From NCBI GenBank assembly GCA_003427395.1, contig BFEA01000001.1, positions 6,711,221 to 6,775,220 on the forward strand: 64,000 nt of DNA. The letters run 5' to 3'. A model generated the notes under the pieces. The model saw only the letters and a program-made list of their open reading frames with translations, was not told the DNA's origin and searched no databases. Shown piece after piece: positions 38,672 through 50,630 of the stretch. Source of the stretch: Chara braunii. Lineage: Eukaryota; Plantae; Charophyceae. Position 1 is the first letter of the stretch. Each line of letters opens with the position of its first letter. Position numbers and translations under genes: made by a program.

Positions 38672-39158
38672 NNNNNNNNNNNNNNNNNNNNNNNNNNNNN
38701 NNNNNNNNNNNNNNNNNNNNNNNNNNNNNNNNNNNNNNNNNNNNNNNNNNNNNNNNNNNNNNNNNNNNNNNNNNNNNNNNNNNNNNNGTCTGTGTACGAC
38801 CGCACGCGCGAGAGCACACGCTCGCCCTTATTCACATTGGAAAAAAAAAAGTGGCGCTAAGCCTTAACGCAAATTGAGAAAGCTAAGAAAAACGGAATGC
38901 ACTCTATATATCGTCACCAGATAAGGGAGCCCGAAGAGAGGGGGAGGACGGAGGGCCGAGGAAGGTAACGCCACCGGAGGAAGGAGGGAGAAGGCGAGGG
39001 AGGGAAGAAGGAAGGAGAAAGGGAGGAAGGAGGGAGGGCCGATGGGGCAGAGGTGGGGCAGGGGTGAGGGAGGGAGGAGAGGGTCGACGCAGGAATGGAG
39101 GACTGGCCGAGAAAGGGTCGAGGCAGGAATGGAGGACGGGCCGGGGGAGCCTCTGGTG

Positions 39159-39260
<102 letters not shown>

Positions 39261-39459
39261 CCTGACCCGCTTGTCCGCAGTGACCCCCATCCCTCCATTA
39301 TCTACCTCCTCCCCAAAAAAGAGGAGGAATGCAAGTTTTTCTTAATGTTTTTTTATAAAGGGGTCGGGGGTGTGGGTTCGAGGTGAAGTAGAAACACTCA
39401 CTCGAGCAGGAATCCACGTCGAAGCTCACGTTGGAGCATTTAGCAGGAACTCTCACGAT

Positions 39460-40100
39460 CCACGCGCGCACGAACCACCGATCCACCAAAGCACCGATTC
39501 AGGAAAGCACCAACTCACACAGCACGAAGCACCAAAGCACTAAGCACGGAGCGCGGAGCATCAAGTCGCATGGACCAATGATTCACGAACCATACCATGA
39601 AGCGCGCAGCACCATGCACCGAACACATCACGAACGCACAATGCCCCAAGCACCGAATTCACGATGCTCCCAAGTACCGAATCCACGAAGAAGCAAGGAC
39701 AAAGCACGAATGATTCACGAACCATGAAGCGCGCAACACCATGCACCGAAATCACCACCGGCGCACGATGCCCCGAGCACCGAATTCACGATGATGCTTC
39801 AAGCACCGAATCCACGAAATAGCAAGGACAAAGCACGAAGCATGAAGCACAGAATCCACAATGCTTCACGGAAGCACCAAGCACGTAGCACACCAAATTC
39901 ACGACGGAATTCGCGAAGCACAAGCACCAAATTCACGTAGAACATCGACTCACGAACAGCAGAGTACCGAAGCACGACACATACTACGAAGCACCAAAGC
40001 GGCAGGCCGGAGGGGTGCGGGGGGAAGAGAGAGAACACCGAAGCATGGACCACGTAGAGAGAGCACCGAAGCACGGACCACGTACCACGAAGCACCAAAG
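39460..40100. repeat. Dispersed short-motif array (cacgaagcac / gcaccgaa) with an about 125-bp duplication
   Basis: Dense gaagcac/cacga motifs, typical of transposon subterminal regions; termini not identified. Confidence 0.6.
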
Positions 40101-40445
40101 CGGGAAGGGCGCGGGGAGGGGGAGATAGAGAGAGAGTGCAAGCGGGACTAAGGGTCTGATCCCACCTCTTATAAGGTGTGTTAGTTTTTTGGGAAAAACG
40201 GGATCCCACTACTTTCCCGTTGATTCGGGGGAGGCTCTCTTTTGTCGGGCATGTGGAAACGAAGTCGTACGTGGTGCACGAAGCGCGATTGGAGAACCAG
40301 TAGTTCTTTCAAAAATCAAAAGACGCACCAATACTTGTTTCAAAAATCAAAAGACGCACCAGTACTTCTTTGAAAAATCAAAAGACGCCACCCCCTACCC
40401 TGCACCGTGAAAGAAGGTGCCCTTGTTTTTGTCTCTCTCTCTCTC

Positions 40446-40889
40446 TTTTCCTTTTTTTTCTTTTTTTTTTCTTTTTTTTTTTGTCTTTTATGAGAACAAA
40501 TTGAATTGAAGCCGTGTGTTCCAACCGGTCAGCTTAGGCCGGTGTCAGGCCGTATAGGCCTGTGTAAATTAGCGTAGGTTTGGTAGGTAGTCGGGTAGGT
40601 GTAGGCTTCATTTCACAATAGAAGTACAGGTAGGTAGTCTAGCCTGGAGTGTTGTTAAGTGTGTTGCAGTGATATCAGTACGAGTGAGATATAGTGGAAC
40701 CCAGCCCTGATGGCTGTAAGCGAAACCAGCTGATGCTGCCGGGATAACTCCGGGTTGAATTGTGAGGTCCCCGGCCTCCTTGCAAGGTTTTATTGAATTG
40801 AATTTGATTTTTCGGGGAAAAAAAAACAAAACAAAAAAAAAGAACAAATTGAATTGAAGCCGGGGACCCCACAATTCTACCCGGAGTTA
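40446..40889 (-). mobile_element. LINE D 3' tail (poly-A plus half of the conserved 3' motif), interrupted by LINE C and cut by the Harbinger element
   Basis: Poly-T 40446-40489; gccggggaccccacaattctacccggagtta (40859-40889) is the reverse complement of the family 3' motif. Confidence 0.75.
40515..40840 (+). mobile_element. LINE C, 5'-truncated copy (3' UTR plus poly-A)
   Basis: Perfect 22-bp TSD agaacaaattgaattgaagccg (40493-40514 / 40841-40862); family 3' motif at 40723-40778; A-rich tail. Confidence 0.9.
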
Positions 40890-41353
40890 GGGTCTCGTTC
40901 GACACCACTAGAGAACCCTAGAGTCTTTTCTTTTCTTTTTTCTTTTTTATCTGCAATTCATATTCCAAAGAAAAACGATCTTTTTTTTTTGACTAGGAAG
41001 GCGAGAGTTGCAGTGCGGAGGGGGCACGAGGGGTTGGCGCAGCAGCGCTCCGAACTTGCGCTACCGGGCCGTACGGTGTAGTGGCCGGTATCGTCGATCG
41101 CTTGACTCGCCGCCAAGACGCGCGAGCGATTAGGGTTGACGCAACCTCGGGAACACCGAGGGTCTTCGTCCTCCCGTCGATGGGCCTACGTGGTTGAGCT
41201 TCTTCTCATGTAGTGCATGATATGTCGGGTATGTCGTGATTGCAATCTTCGTTGTGTTGGTGTTATAATGGGCGCGCGCTGAACAGCGCTCGCCTTTGAC
41301 GTGGGATTCGGTAGCTAGCGTTGACAAGTGACGGGTACAAAACAGTCTTCAGG

Positions 41354-43489
41354 ATGGCAGATCAAGGAACCTCTACACCGCAGGGGGACGGCAGAGCTAC
41401 GACACCTGCCACAAGGACGGACATCTCCATGTCGGATGAAGATGCTCATTGCGAAATGCTACGAGGAGGGAATCATTCCGGAGAAGTTCAGACATGGTGA
41501 ATGGGTGGTAGAAGGAGGAATTCGACTTTTCGAAGTCAAACCAGGCTTAGATACGCTTGTAACAGCTTGGCTCAAGGAGAGAACCGTGACGGTCATCTTC
41601 CAAGGAGAAGCGAGAGACCTTCCGCTTAGAACTAGAGAGGATTTGGTGCGGGCTTATGAGAATGGCTGGTATAGAGAGAGGATCTTTGACAGGTCAATAA
41701 AGCGGGGTAGAATTCATGGGAAGGGTCCAAACGTACTCTCATATGTAGCTAAGTCTAGGGAAGTGGCTCAGTGGATGATTGCGAAAGGAGAAGATAAGGT
41801 TACGATTTGTGGGATCGAATATGGCATGATGTTTAAACCTTGGTTGACCAAGGCGGAACTAGAGGAACGCAGGCGACTAGAGGACGATTCTAAATTTTGG
41901 GTGATGGCACTAAGGGTGCCTCTTCGAGTAATGTTTCATGTGGAGAGCATAGTGGAAACTGCGATGGGCCGAGTCATCAAGGCGATTCCTCCGGAACTGG
42001 ACAAAACTAGACCAAAGCTCATGAACTTAAAATTTGAATTGGTACGTGAGGCGGAGGAGAGATTTGAAGAGGAGATGCCTATCAAATTGGATGACGGCGA
42101 AATTCATTACATAAAATTCGCCTGCAAGAACACTCCGTGGTGTGATACGTGTCATTGGTACTTTCACACGGCAATGGAGGACTGTCCGAGACAAGGGGAA
42201 GTGCAGCAAGAACAACAACCGAACAGGGGAGCGAGAGAAAACACCTTCGGAACAAGCCGGAGAGGGGAGGGTGATGGATCGCTCAATAGAGGTATCTGGG
42301 CAGCAGCAAGGGAGGTCCATCCAAGCGCGAGTGGTCATTCCGAACCAAGCTCGTCGTCGCAAGGAAACCAGAGCAGATCGCTCGTGCAGCAACCTCAAGG
42401 TACTCTCAATGCAGCGGCGACAGTTGTACAACAACAACAACAAGGCACATGGATTCAACAACATCCAGCCCTACTTCCGCTGGTAGGAGGAATGCATCCT
42501 GATGCTTTCCAATGGCAAGCACTGTACCAAACTCTGAATCAAGATCCCCGGTTCAGCGGCTGGTTGGCTGGTGCTAATGGGGCCATGGTACCACCATGCG
42601 ACTACCCATACAGTGGGGGTCAGTTCATCAACCCTCCGGGAGGATGTTACTGAGCATCTCTGGCTGGGCCTTCTAGGCCCCGGGCGGCTTATCCAGGTCC
42701 AAGCAATGTTCCAGTACCTCAAGCGGGTGGCCTGATTGGAGGTACCACTATTGGCATGAACGGAGATGGCATAAAGGAGATCCACCAAGTGGGGCAAGAT
42801 CAAGTAAGGACCCACAGAGTGGTTCATAGGACCCGGGTGGAAGTGGGATGATTGGTGCCTCTCCAGGTCATGTTCCAGGTGGCATCCCTTCCCCTGAGGA
42901 AGGCGCCGCCGGATTTGAAGAAAGATGGCTACTACCGCTAGTATGTATTATGCAAGCGCAAGTTGTGCACGTGATTGGTCTCGTCAACAAAGAAGGCAAG
43001 ATGACTCTCCCGGCTCAACAGATTGATGGTCTGGCAACTTCAGAACTGATCTTACGCAAGGTTAAAGAAATGTTTGTTGATCGTTTTTCCTTTCGGATCT
43101 ACCCAGATGGATTAATGCCTAAATTGGATGTCGATTTGCCAGGAGGGAAAAAGATTCGCTACTCTATTCCCCTCATCGACGCTAGGTTTCAGGAGGATCA
43201 GTGGCCTAACATTAGCCGGGCAGGTTTGACCAGCGTTCCTATTCAAGCCTTCTCAGATCCTTCGGTAGGGATGTTGGCACAAATGGTAGTGGATCCAGGG
43301 GTCCCTGAGACAATCTTGGACGATCTGAAGAACAGATTACCTTGCTGGCAAAACTTATCCTCGGCCTTTTTTGCTCAATCATTAAACGAACTGTGGCCAG
43401 ATAACTTGACAACAGGCAGCGATGCAAGACTCACTGACGTCTCCAACCACACCCAACCACCAGGCGGTCCTTCGAGTACGAATGAATAA
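41354..43489 (+). pseudogene. LINE A ORF1 (RNA-binding region, CCHC knuckle, conserved C-terminal domain); premature stop and frameshift
   Basis: CDTCHWYFHTAMEDC knuckle; strong similarity to LINE B ORF1 at both the N- and C-terminal blocks. Confidence 0.85.
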
Positions 43490-43755
43490 GTTAAAAGTTG
43501 TTACGTGGAACGTGCATGACCTGGGTGATTCGGGCGGTAGGGAAAAGGGAAAGCGGTTGAAATTTTGGTTGCATGAGAAAGATATTGACATTGCAATGAT
43601 TCAGAAAACCAAATTGTCGGAGGAAAAACTACTGGGAATGAAGGAATGGTGGGATGGACCTCAACTTTGGTCCCCCGCGAGAGGGTCCAAAGGTGGGGTA
43701 GCTATCCTTTTTCACAAAAGGATTGATGCCAGACTCTTAGACTGTGATTCTGACT
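43482..43755 (+). pseudogene. LINE A ORF2, N-terminal part of the APE endonuclease
   Basis: MNKLKVVTWNVHDL..IAMIQKTK..SKGGVAILF; truncated by the insert at 43756. Confidence 0.9.
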
Positions 43756-45140
43756 TGTGGTTCGTGTGCGACGGACCCGCACACGAACCGACATCTGGGG
43801 GGCTGATGTCCCATGCGCGGCTCGTCGTCGGTCGATTAGGATGCATCCCACACACCACGCGCACACCACTTTACGAATCACAAAAATAAAACACACACAC
43901 ACACACATACAAAACGACACAACACAAACAACGCGACAACACTCCTAATCCCTTAGTAGCCAACCCATAACTTTCCGATGCGGAAATCGGATAGGCGTCG
44001 AGCGCGAGGCTTAGTATAAAACCGCACGGACGCAGGGCCTACTCATATCGACCAACAATGCAAAGGTACGCAAGCAGTCGCAATGATGGCGTACTATGTA
44101 GTACCCATACTCATGCGGTCCTCGTTAATCTCGAGGGTCGCATTCGACACTCAAGTGTCGGCTGACACGCGCCTTGAGGGTTAATCTCTCGACGTTGGAC
44201 AACCGCCAAGCGCGATTGAACACCACACACCCTCTTCTGCACTCTGTGCAGAGTGGGTGGTACACAGGTCCATACCTGTGGTGGCAGTCGTTTCTTACTG
44301 CCCTGGAGATGAGCCCCACTCCAAGCCTGGGCAAAAGTCAAGGGGTTTGACTTTGACGGCTGCCACGGACTACAACGTCCAACTATAAAAATTAACAAAC
44401 AAAATCATCCAATAAATAAATAAACATCCCACCACTTATATATCAAATTAGATATCAAGATATCAACAAAGGAAGAGGAAAATAGACCCATCAGGTATGC
44501 AGATCGCGCGACACATGGTTGTCATTCTCACTGCCTCCAAAGTGAACCCGTACACAGACTCCAATAACACTCACATGCGTAAGACACAACCACACAAAAC
44601 AACCACATTGCCACACACCCATGTGGTCAACCTCGCTGTTCCCTGTAACTCGCACCACGCCTCACACTCAAGCCCCATCCCATGTTCCGTTTTCCATAAA
44701 TCACATCAATCCTTTATAATGACCATTAAAAGAAGCTCGGTTAAACCCTCAAAGAAACATATCAAACCTCAGGGCTAAGGCAATCAGGCTGAGGTACAAG
44801 TGTAAGCAAAGTTGTGTCGTGAGCCGACGAGTAGGCGATCAACCAACCGATCTGTTATCAGTAATAACAAAAAATGATTCTTGATGGATCAAGCTGAAAC
44901 TAGTCAAAATCCTGAATCGAATGTCCAAAGAAAACCTGTATCATACGACATGTCAACGTCCAAGCTAAATCGCCAATGTATGGAGATCAAATCCCCATGA
45001 AACGTTCTTACTCAAGACTCTCCTAATAGCTAAGCCTAAGTCTACTACCTCTAATCCAGCGCCCAAAGAAAGGTAGACTCATGACATAATCTCCCCTATC
45101 CAAGGTGGATTACCAGAATCGCCACCTGTCGAAATATAAT

Positions 45141-45740
45141 CTAACTCCTTTAAACTAAGAAAATTTCGGCAGCGCTTCCCGTAGAAAAAATGCATTTCCA
45201 GAATTTATATAAGCTCAAAAATAAAAGCAGAAATAATCTCTAACTCAAGAAAGTTAAATTTTGTCTAACTCCTTGAATTAATAAAAATTTAGGCAGCACT
45301 CCCTTTAAAAAATGAGACTTCCCAGATTTATACTATCTCAAATTTGAACTCAGAATAACTCGAGTTCCTGTCAAGACAAAATTTATCAACTCCTTAGATT
45401 TATGGAAATTTCGGCAGCACTCCCTTTGGAAAAATGCTAGTCCAAGATTTATACAAAGCTAAGTTTTTGAAACTAACTTTGACTTCTCAAAGTGCAATTT
45501 TTTTTTAACTCCCTGAATTAGTGAAAATTTGGGCAGCAATCCCTTTAGAAAAGGAGACTTTCCAGATTTTTACTAAGTCAGATACAAAGAAAAGACAAGT
45601 TGAACTTTGACAAGTCAAAAATTGACTAACTCCTTGGATTTGTAGAAATTTCGGCAGCGCTTCCCGTAAAGAAAGTAGCTTGCCAAGATTTATACAAAGC
45701 CAAGTATAAAAAATGATCCCAGAAAATGCAAGAATTGACC
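45141..45740. repeat. About 120-bp tandem repeat x5 inside the solo LTR
   Basis: taactcc..aaattt(c/a/g)ggcagc..ccc..agattt at about 45141, 45265, 45387, 45506 and 45626. Confidence 0.9.
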
Positions 45741-45989
45741 TAAGTAAAGAAAGCTATCACAGAAAATGCAGGAATTGAAACTAACTCCTATCACTCTGGC
45801 ACGTGGCGAGCATCTAAAGCAACTACCTACCAAACTGAAACTCAGATCAGGTAGTCATCTCACTCAACCACATGTAGGCCAAACCACGAAGGTAAGTACT
45901 CTCACCATCCCCAGTTCATCTGGACAAACAATAGTTCATAATCTTTCAGTAACTTAAGCCTTTATACCCTGCTTACATAAATCATAAAG

Positions 45990-46860
45990 TCAGGCCACCC
46001 AAACTTATGGAATGAACCTAACTTAGCCAAAGAGTATACACAAAACAGAGGTCTCTCTTCTTTGGGCATACGACTAGACCATTCTAGTCGCCCTGTACTG
46101 TTTAAAATATCCAAGTTATATATATCTGTCTTCCCTTTGTCTTCTAAGGCAGCATCTGACTGAGCTAACTTAAGTTCAGTCTGCCCCTGTTTACCATCAA
46201 TTTTATTCTTAATTATACTCTCTTCAAGTTGTGATAGGCTATAGTCAGACCACCTAAACTTATAGAACAGTCTGATTAGCTCGTTCTTAAAATAAAATAA
46301 TAGTAAGGTATAACCAAGTTATAACCATTGGGTTCCAGCATGTACGAGGCTTTGAGGCAGACCACCTGAACTTACAGAACAGTCTGGCTCTCTGCCTGCT
46401 TAATTTCTTTCTGATCCAGTCCGTGCGTGGCATTGGGCTAGATCACTTGAACTTATAGAACGATCTGCCCTCTTCCAGGTTCATTTTCTTTCAATAAAAG
46501 CAGGAAGAGGGTAAGCCACCTAAACTTATAGAACAACTTAGACCTCCTCGTTCAGAACTGAATAAACATAGAAAAACCCAAGATAAACAAGGCGACCAAG
46601 GCACCTGAACTTACAGAACGCGCTTGGTTCCTGAAAAGTCATCCACAGTCAGTCCTCCCAAGTCAGAGCAGCCATGCCACCTAAACTTATAAAACAGCCT
46701 GACCCTCCATGCAAACCACAGCACAGGGTCTCCCCAAACTTATGGGGACATCCCAGCCTCCAGAGCAATCAGACCCCCTAAACTTATAGAAGGGTCTGAC
46801 GCTCCACGCAACCGAAAATAAAACAAGGCATTGGGTCTCCCCAAACCTATGGGGACCTTC
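45990..46860 (-). other. Array of about 11 stem-loops with a conserved AACTTA loop (minus strand UAAGUU)
   Basis: CTA-aactta-TAG, CTG-aactta-CAG, CCA-aactta-TGG and gactgagct-aactta-agttcagtc, each with its own outer stem. Confidence 0.8.
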
Positions 46861-48351
46861 CAGCCTTAATGACCCAGTCAACCCTCATGCAAAACAGTTT
46901 TCCATTCTGCCCTTTCCCAGATGCATTCCCTTTTTACAATCTGCTTTCATATCATCAATAAAGTTGAAACTGGGATTAAGCAGACATTCCTTTATTTAAT
47001 CTGGTTTATCCTGAAAGTCAAACTGAAAGTCAAAATAGGGATGCATGCAATATACTCAGTCAAATCGCCATAGAGAGTACAGATAAGGGTTATACCGGGT
47101 TTATAGAAAGAAAGCAATGGTTACCTTTCAGTTCTCTGCCTCCAGAACCCCTCCTGAGTTCCGGCAGGGCTCTCGCAATCGGTGGGATGGCTCCCCACAG
47201 AGTCTTGCTGCGGTCCTACGGTTTGCAATCCCGCCTGCCGCCTTCCTCTCATAACCAGGATTAGACTGAGAGTAAGAACAGTAGAAGTAGGGGTTTCAGA
47301 CTCTCGAGATAGAGGAGGGGGACAGACTCAACTCTCAGGAGAGGGCCTAGTTGCCTTGATACGCCTGAGAGCCCCGCAATGGCAGCCAATGTGACAGCTT
47401 CGTCAACCTGGAGTCAACTGCCAAACTTCACTCTCCTGGCGAACCCCAAAATTGCAGCAATAGCCCCTGTCGTCCCCACCTTTCCGAGCTGTGGCAGTAG
47501 CCTTTCTCTTATCCCAATCACCTTCCCTACCTTGTCGCTGCAGCTTCCTCCCAACCCCAACTGCAGCTACACGATAGCCTGACGCAGTCTGTAACAGTCG
47601 ATAGCCGCCAACATCCGTATGCAGCAACTGCCTTCGCAATCTCCCCGTAAGCACGTTGTAGTAGCCTTTGTGATAAACCATGTCCCACTGTGGTACACTT
47701 CTAGTGAATGTCATACAGTCAGGTGGCGATTACCCCAGCCGGAAACACTCTGCTGGTAGTGGCGACCTCCTTCAGAAAACCGCAGTTGTCTGAGGATCGG
47801 ACGGGCCTGCGTTCTTTCTCTCCAAATAATTATTCGTCCATTGTTTTGCCCGCTGTCTGCCGCTACTCTCCTGCACTGGCTATCGCGCGGGTTAGCATTG
47901 TAGCCCGACTTTCGGGTCATCCCGCATCGCCTGTTCCTGAGGTAAACTCTCCAGTTCTTGGCGGACTCTTTCTACTACCACCGTTAGAATAGGCAAAATC
48001 GAATGGACCTTTTACCGGATCATGGAGGATATACGCTGTTGTCTAGTACTGTGCGTAACGATATAGAAAAAAGTTACCCCTTCAATAAAATAAGCATCCC
48101 AGCTGTCAACAGGTAGTCTCCAACTTTCGCAGTTACTCCCTGCGCCCGAATGAGCAAAACCATAGGAATCTCCCGCCTAATGTCGTTCAGGTACCCCCTC
48201 TCTCGACTCGCCTCCCACACTTTCGCTATTGCCCCTGATTCGCAGGCGCACCTGGCCGCCTGCTGCGTCGGGTCCGCTCACAGTCCCCGGAATGAAGACC
48301 ACGAATGGAAAGAGTTCCTCGGAGAAAACCGCAGTCGGGGCGCTTTTTTTT

Positions 48352-48398
<47 letters not shown>

Positions 48399-48530
48399 NN
48401 NNNNNNNNNNNNNNNNNNNNNNNNNNNNNNNNNNNNNNNNNNNNNNNNNNNNNNNNNNNNNNNNNNNNNNNNNNNNNNNNNNNNNNNNNNNNNNNNNNNN
48501 NNNNNNNNNNNNNNNNNNNNNNNNNNNNNN

Positions 48531-48617
<87 letters not shown>

Positions 48618-50630
48618 GTGGTGCAACTCGCCTCACTACTTCCAATGATAGGATGAGCAAAATTGAATGAATCTTCCGCTAGAACGCGGCCAGGTCCATT
48701 CCTGCTGCCTCCTTTTATCACCTCCACGCAGTCGGTTTTCTCGTTGCCTGGAAACTAACACTCCATTCCTAAATCTAACCCCACTAACTAACTCACAAGG
48801 CTCTCGAATCTTATTCTAGCCCCTTCACCCACCCGATTTCATAAGGAATCGGGTGGGTTCCCTCTAATTCTTTCCCCCGACATAGCCGGTTTCCGCCATC
48901 TCCCACGCATGTCTTTTCCTTACTAACTCTAATTCTACTAACTAATCAACCAAACTAACAACACCATCAAACTCGCCCTGCCAAAAAAAGTCCATCTCGA
49001 CCTCTACCTCGCCTGATTCTGACGAGGAACGGACAAAAATGAACTCCTTCCCTTTCGTTCTCCTTCACTCCCGCCATCGTCCGCGAGGCTCCCTCTTCTC
49101 CTACCCTCTAACCCACTAACTCTCCTCCCAAACTGGCTACAGCTTTGAGGTCGCCATGCCCCAAAACGCTGGATTCGACTCTCGGCTCGCCCAATTCCAT
49201 AAGGGATTGAGCGAGCTATGAGTTTTTCAACCCGCCATAGCCACTCTCCCCCTCACTCACCTTTCGAATGCACCCGGCGTGATTTTTCATCCGGGTTCAT
49301 TCGTTTTTCTTTCCTTTACTGCTGCCCGCCTTCCCCCGCTCCACTTACTGCTGCCCGGCGCAAACCGGTCGAGCCCGCTGTCCAGGCATTACGTTGTTGG
49401 TCTCCTCCCCCTTCGCAGTCTTACCGCCTACCCGACGGCCGCTGTGCGATGGTCCACCCGTCGGCCTTCCTGTGCTACTCCGCGGCCCTAACGTCGGGTC
49501 GCACTGCAGCCAACCTCCCCAGTGGCTCTGCGCTCCGCTTGCTGCCTAGAGGTATGCCGTCGCCCCCCTTCTTTCTGCCTGCACCCGACGCGGTTCGTCG
49601 ACCGGGTTCATCCTCCCTGCCTACCTACTCCTCGATTGCCCGTTGAGCAAATCGCCCCGCCCCGCTGCTGCCCGTCACTTCTTTCCACTCGGCCTCACCG
49701 TGCTAGCGCTTGCCACCCACTGCTACGTAGCGCCGTCCGTCTGCTGCTGCGCCGCGCTGCCCACTGCACTATCTACCCTGCCCGCGGCTCCCCGGTGCTG
49801 CTCGATACTCGCTGACCGGTCCCACGCCCGTCACTCACAAATGCCCATAGGGGGAGAGGGGCCGGAGGGGAGACACAATGGCTGGCCTATTAAAGAAGCC
49901 CGGCCCCGATGCTGTCGGCTGACCCCTGGCCGGTACCACCCACCTGCTGCGGTGGGCATTGCACCTATCCGGGTGCCGCTCCTGCATGTTCCCTTGTTGG
50001 GGGCTTGAGCACGGATGTGGCCGATACGGGGTTCCCCGTAGTACCAAGACGGGATAACTTCGGCGCGGTCGCGAAAACAGCTAGTAGCCGTACTTCAGGC
50101 AGTCCGCGAATACAACACACCCTCGCGCGACTTCATCGAACCCGAAACATAGGTCATATACATCCGGCATTACCAACCCTTCTATCTAAAGTACAATCAC
50201 AAACTTAGATCCTAACTTCGCCGTGGTTTTCTCTGCCACGGCGTGGTAGGGGACCTTTGCCAGCACCCTGAGCTCGCGGACCGTCAGGCGAGGCCCGCAC
50301 TCAAGGCCCTTGACTACCGTGACACCCACTAAGTCCAGCGTCGTGTCCGAATCAACGGCACGCCGGAGCATAACAACAATTAATACAACAATTATTTGAT
50401 ATAAAATGCAAACAGACGTCGCGCGTCTCGCTGACCCGTGACGCCGTGCACGCCTAGGCAGCGCACAGTTGCGCCTCACCATCAATACCCCACGCCACCA
50501 CGAGCGCCTCTCACCCTGACAAGAGCCTATGCCTCCGCTTATGCGCATGCCGTCAGGCGTGCGACACTGTGCTTGCGTGACTTGCAAAAATAATACGCCA
50601 AATACCCTTGTAAGGGTATTTGGTACGACA

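Larger units (their letters stand above)
43756..50630 (-). mobile_element. 6.9-kb solo-LTR-like insert (Ty3/gypsy type), without TSD
   Basis: Termini TGTGG..CGACA; no gag/pol; internal tandem arrays; LINE A homology stops at 43755 and resumes at 50631. Orientation is inferred. Confidence 0.65.

Noticed and set aside
40723-40778. Twister or hammerhead ribozyme in the LINE 3' motif
   Set aside because: Lacks the hammerhead CUGANGA/GAAA core and the twister pseudoknot elements; reported only as a stem-loop.
42848-43489. Separate third ORF in the LINE
   Set aside because: In LINE B the homologous block is in frame with ORF1 (only nonsense substitutions), so it is the ORF1 C-terminus split by a frameshift in LINE A.
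45990-46860. CRISPR array (short repeats with unique spacers)
   Set aside because: Eukaryotic TE context, no cas genes, degenerate repeats and irregular spacing (44-165 bp). Better explained as a structured hairpin array.
47403-47992. Short ORFs inside the solo LTR
   Set aside because: No recognisable gag/pol or other motifs; cannot be supported without expression data.
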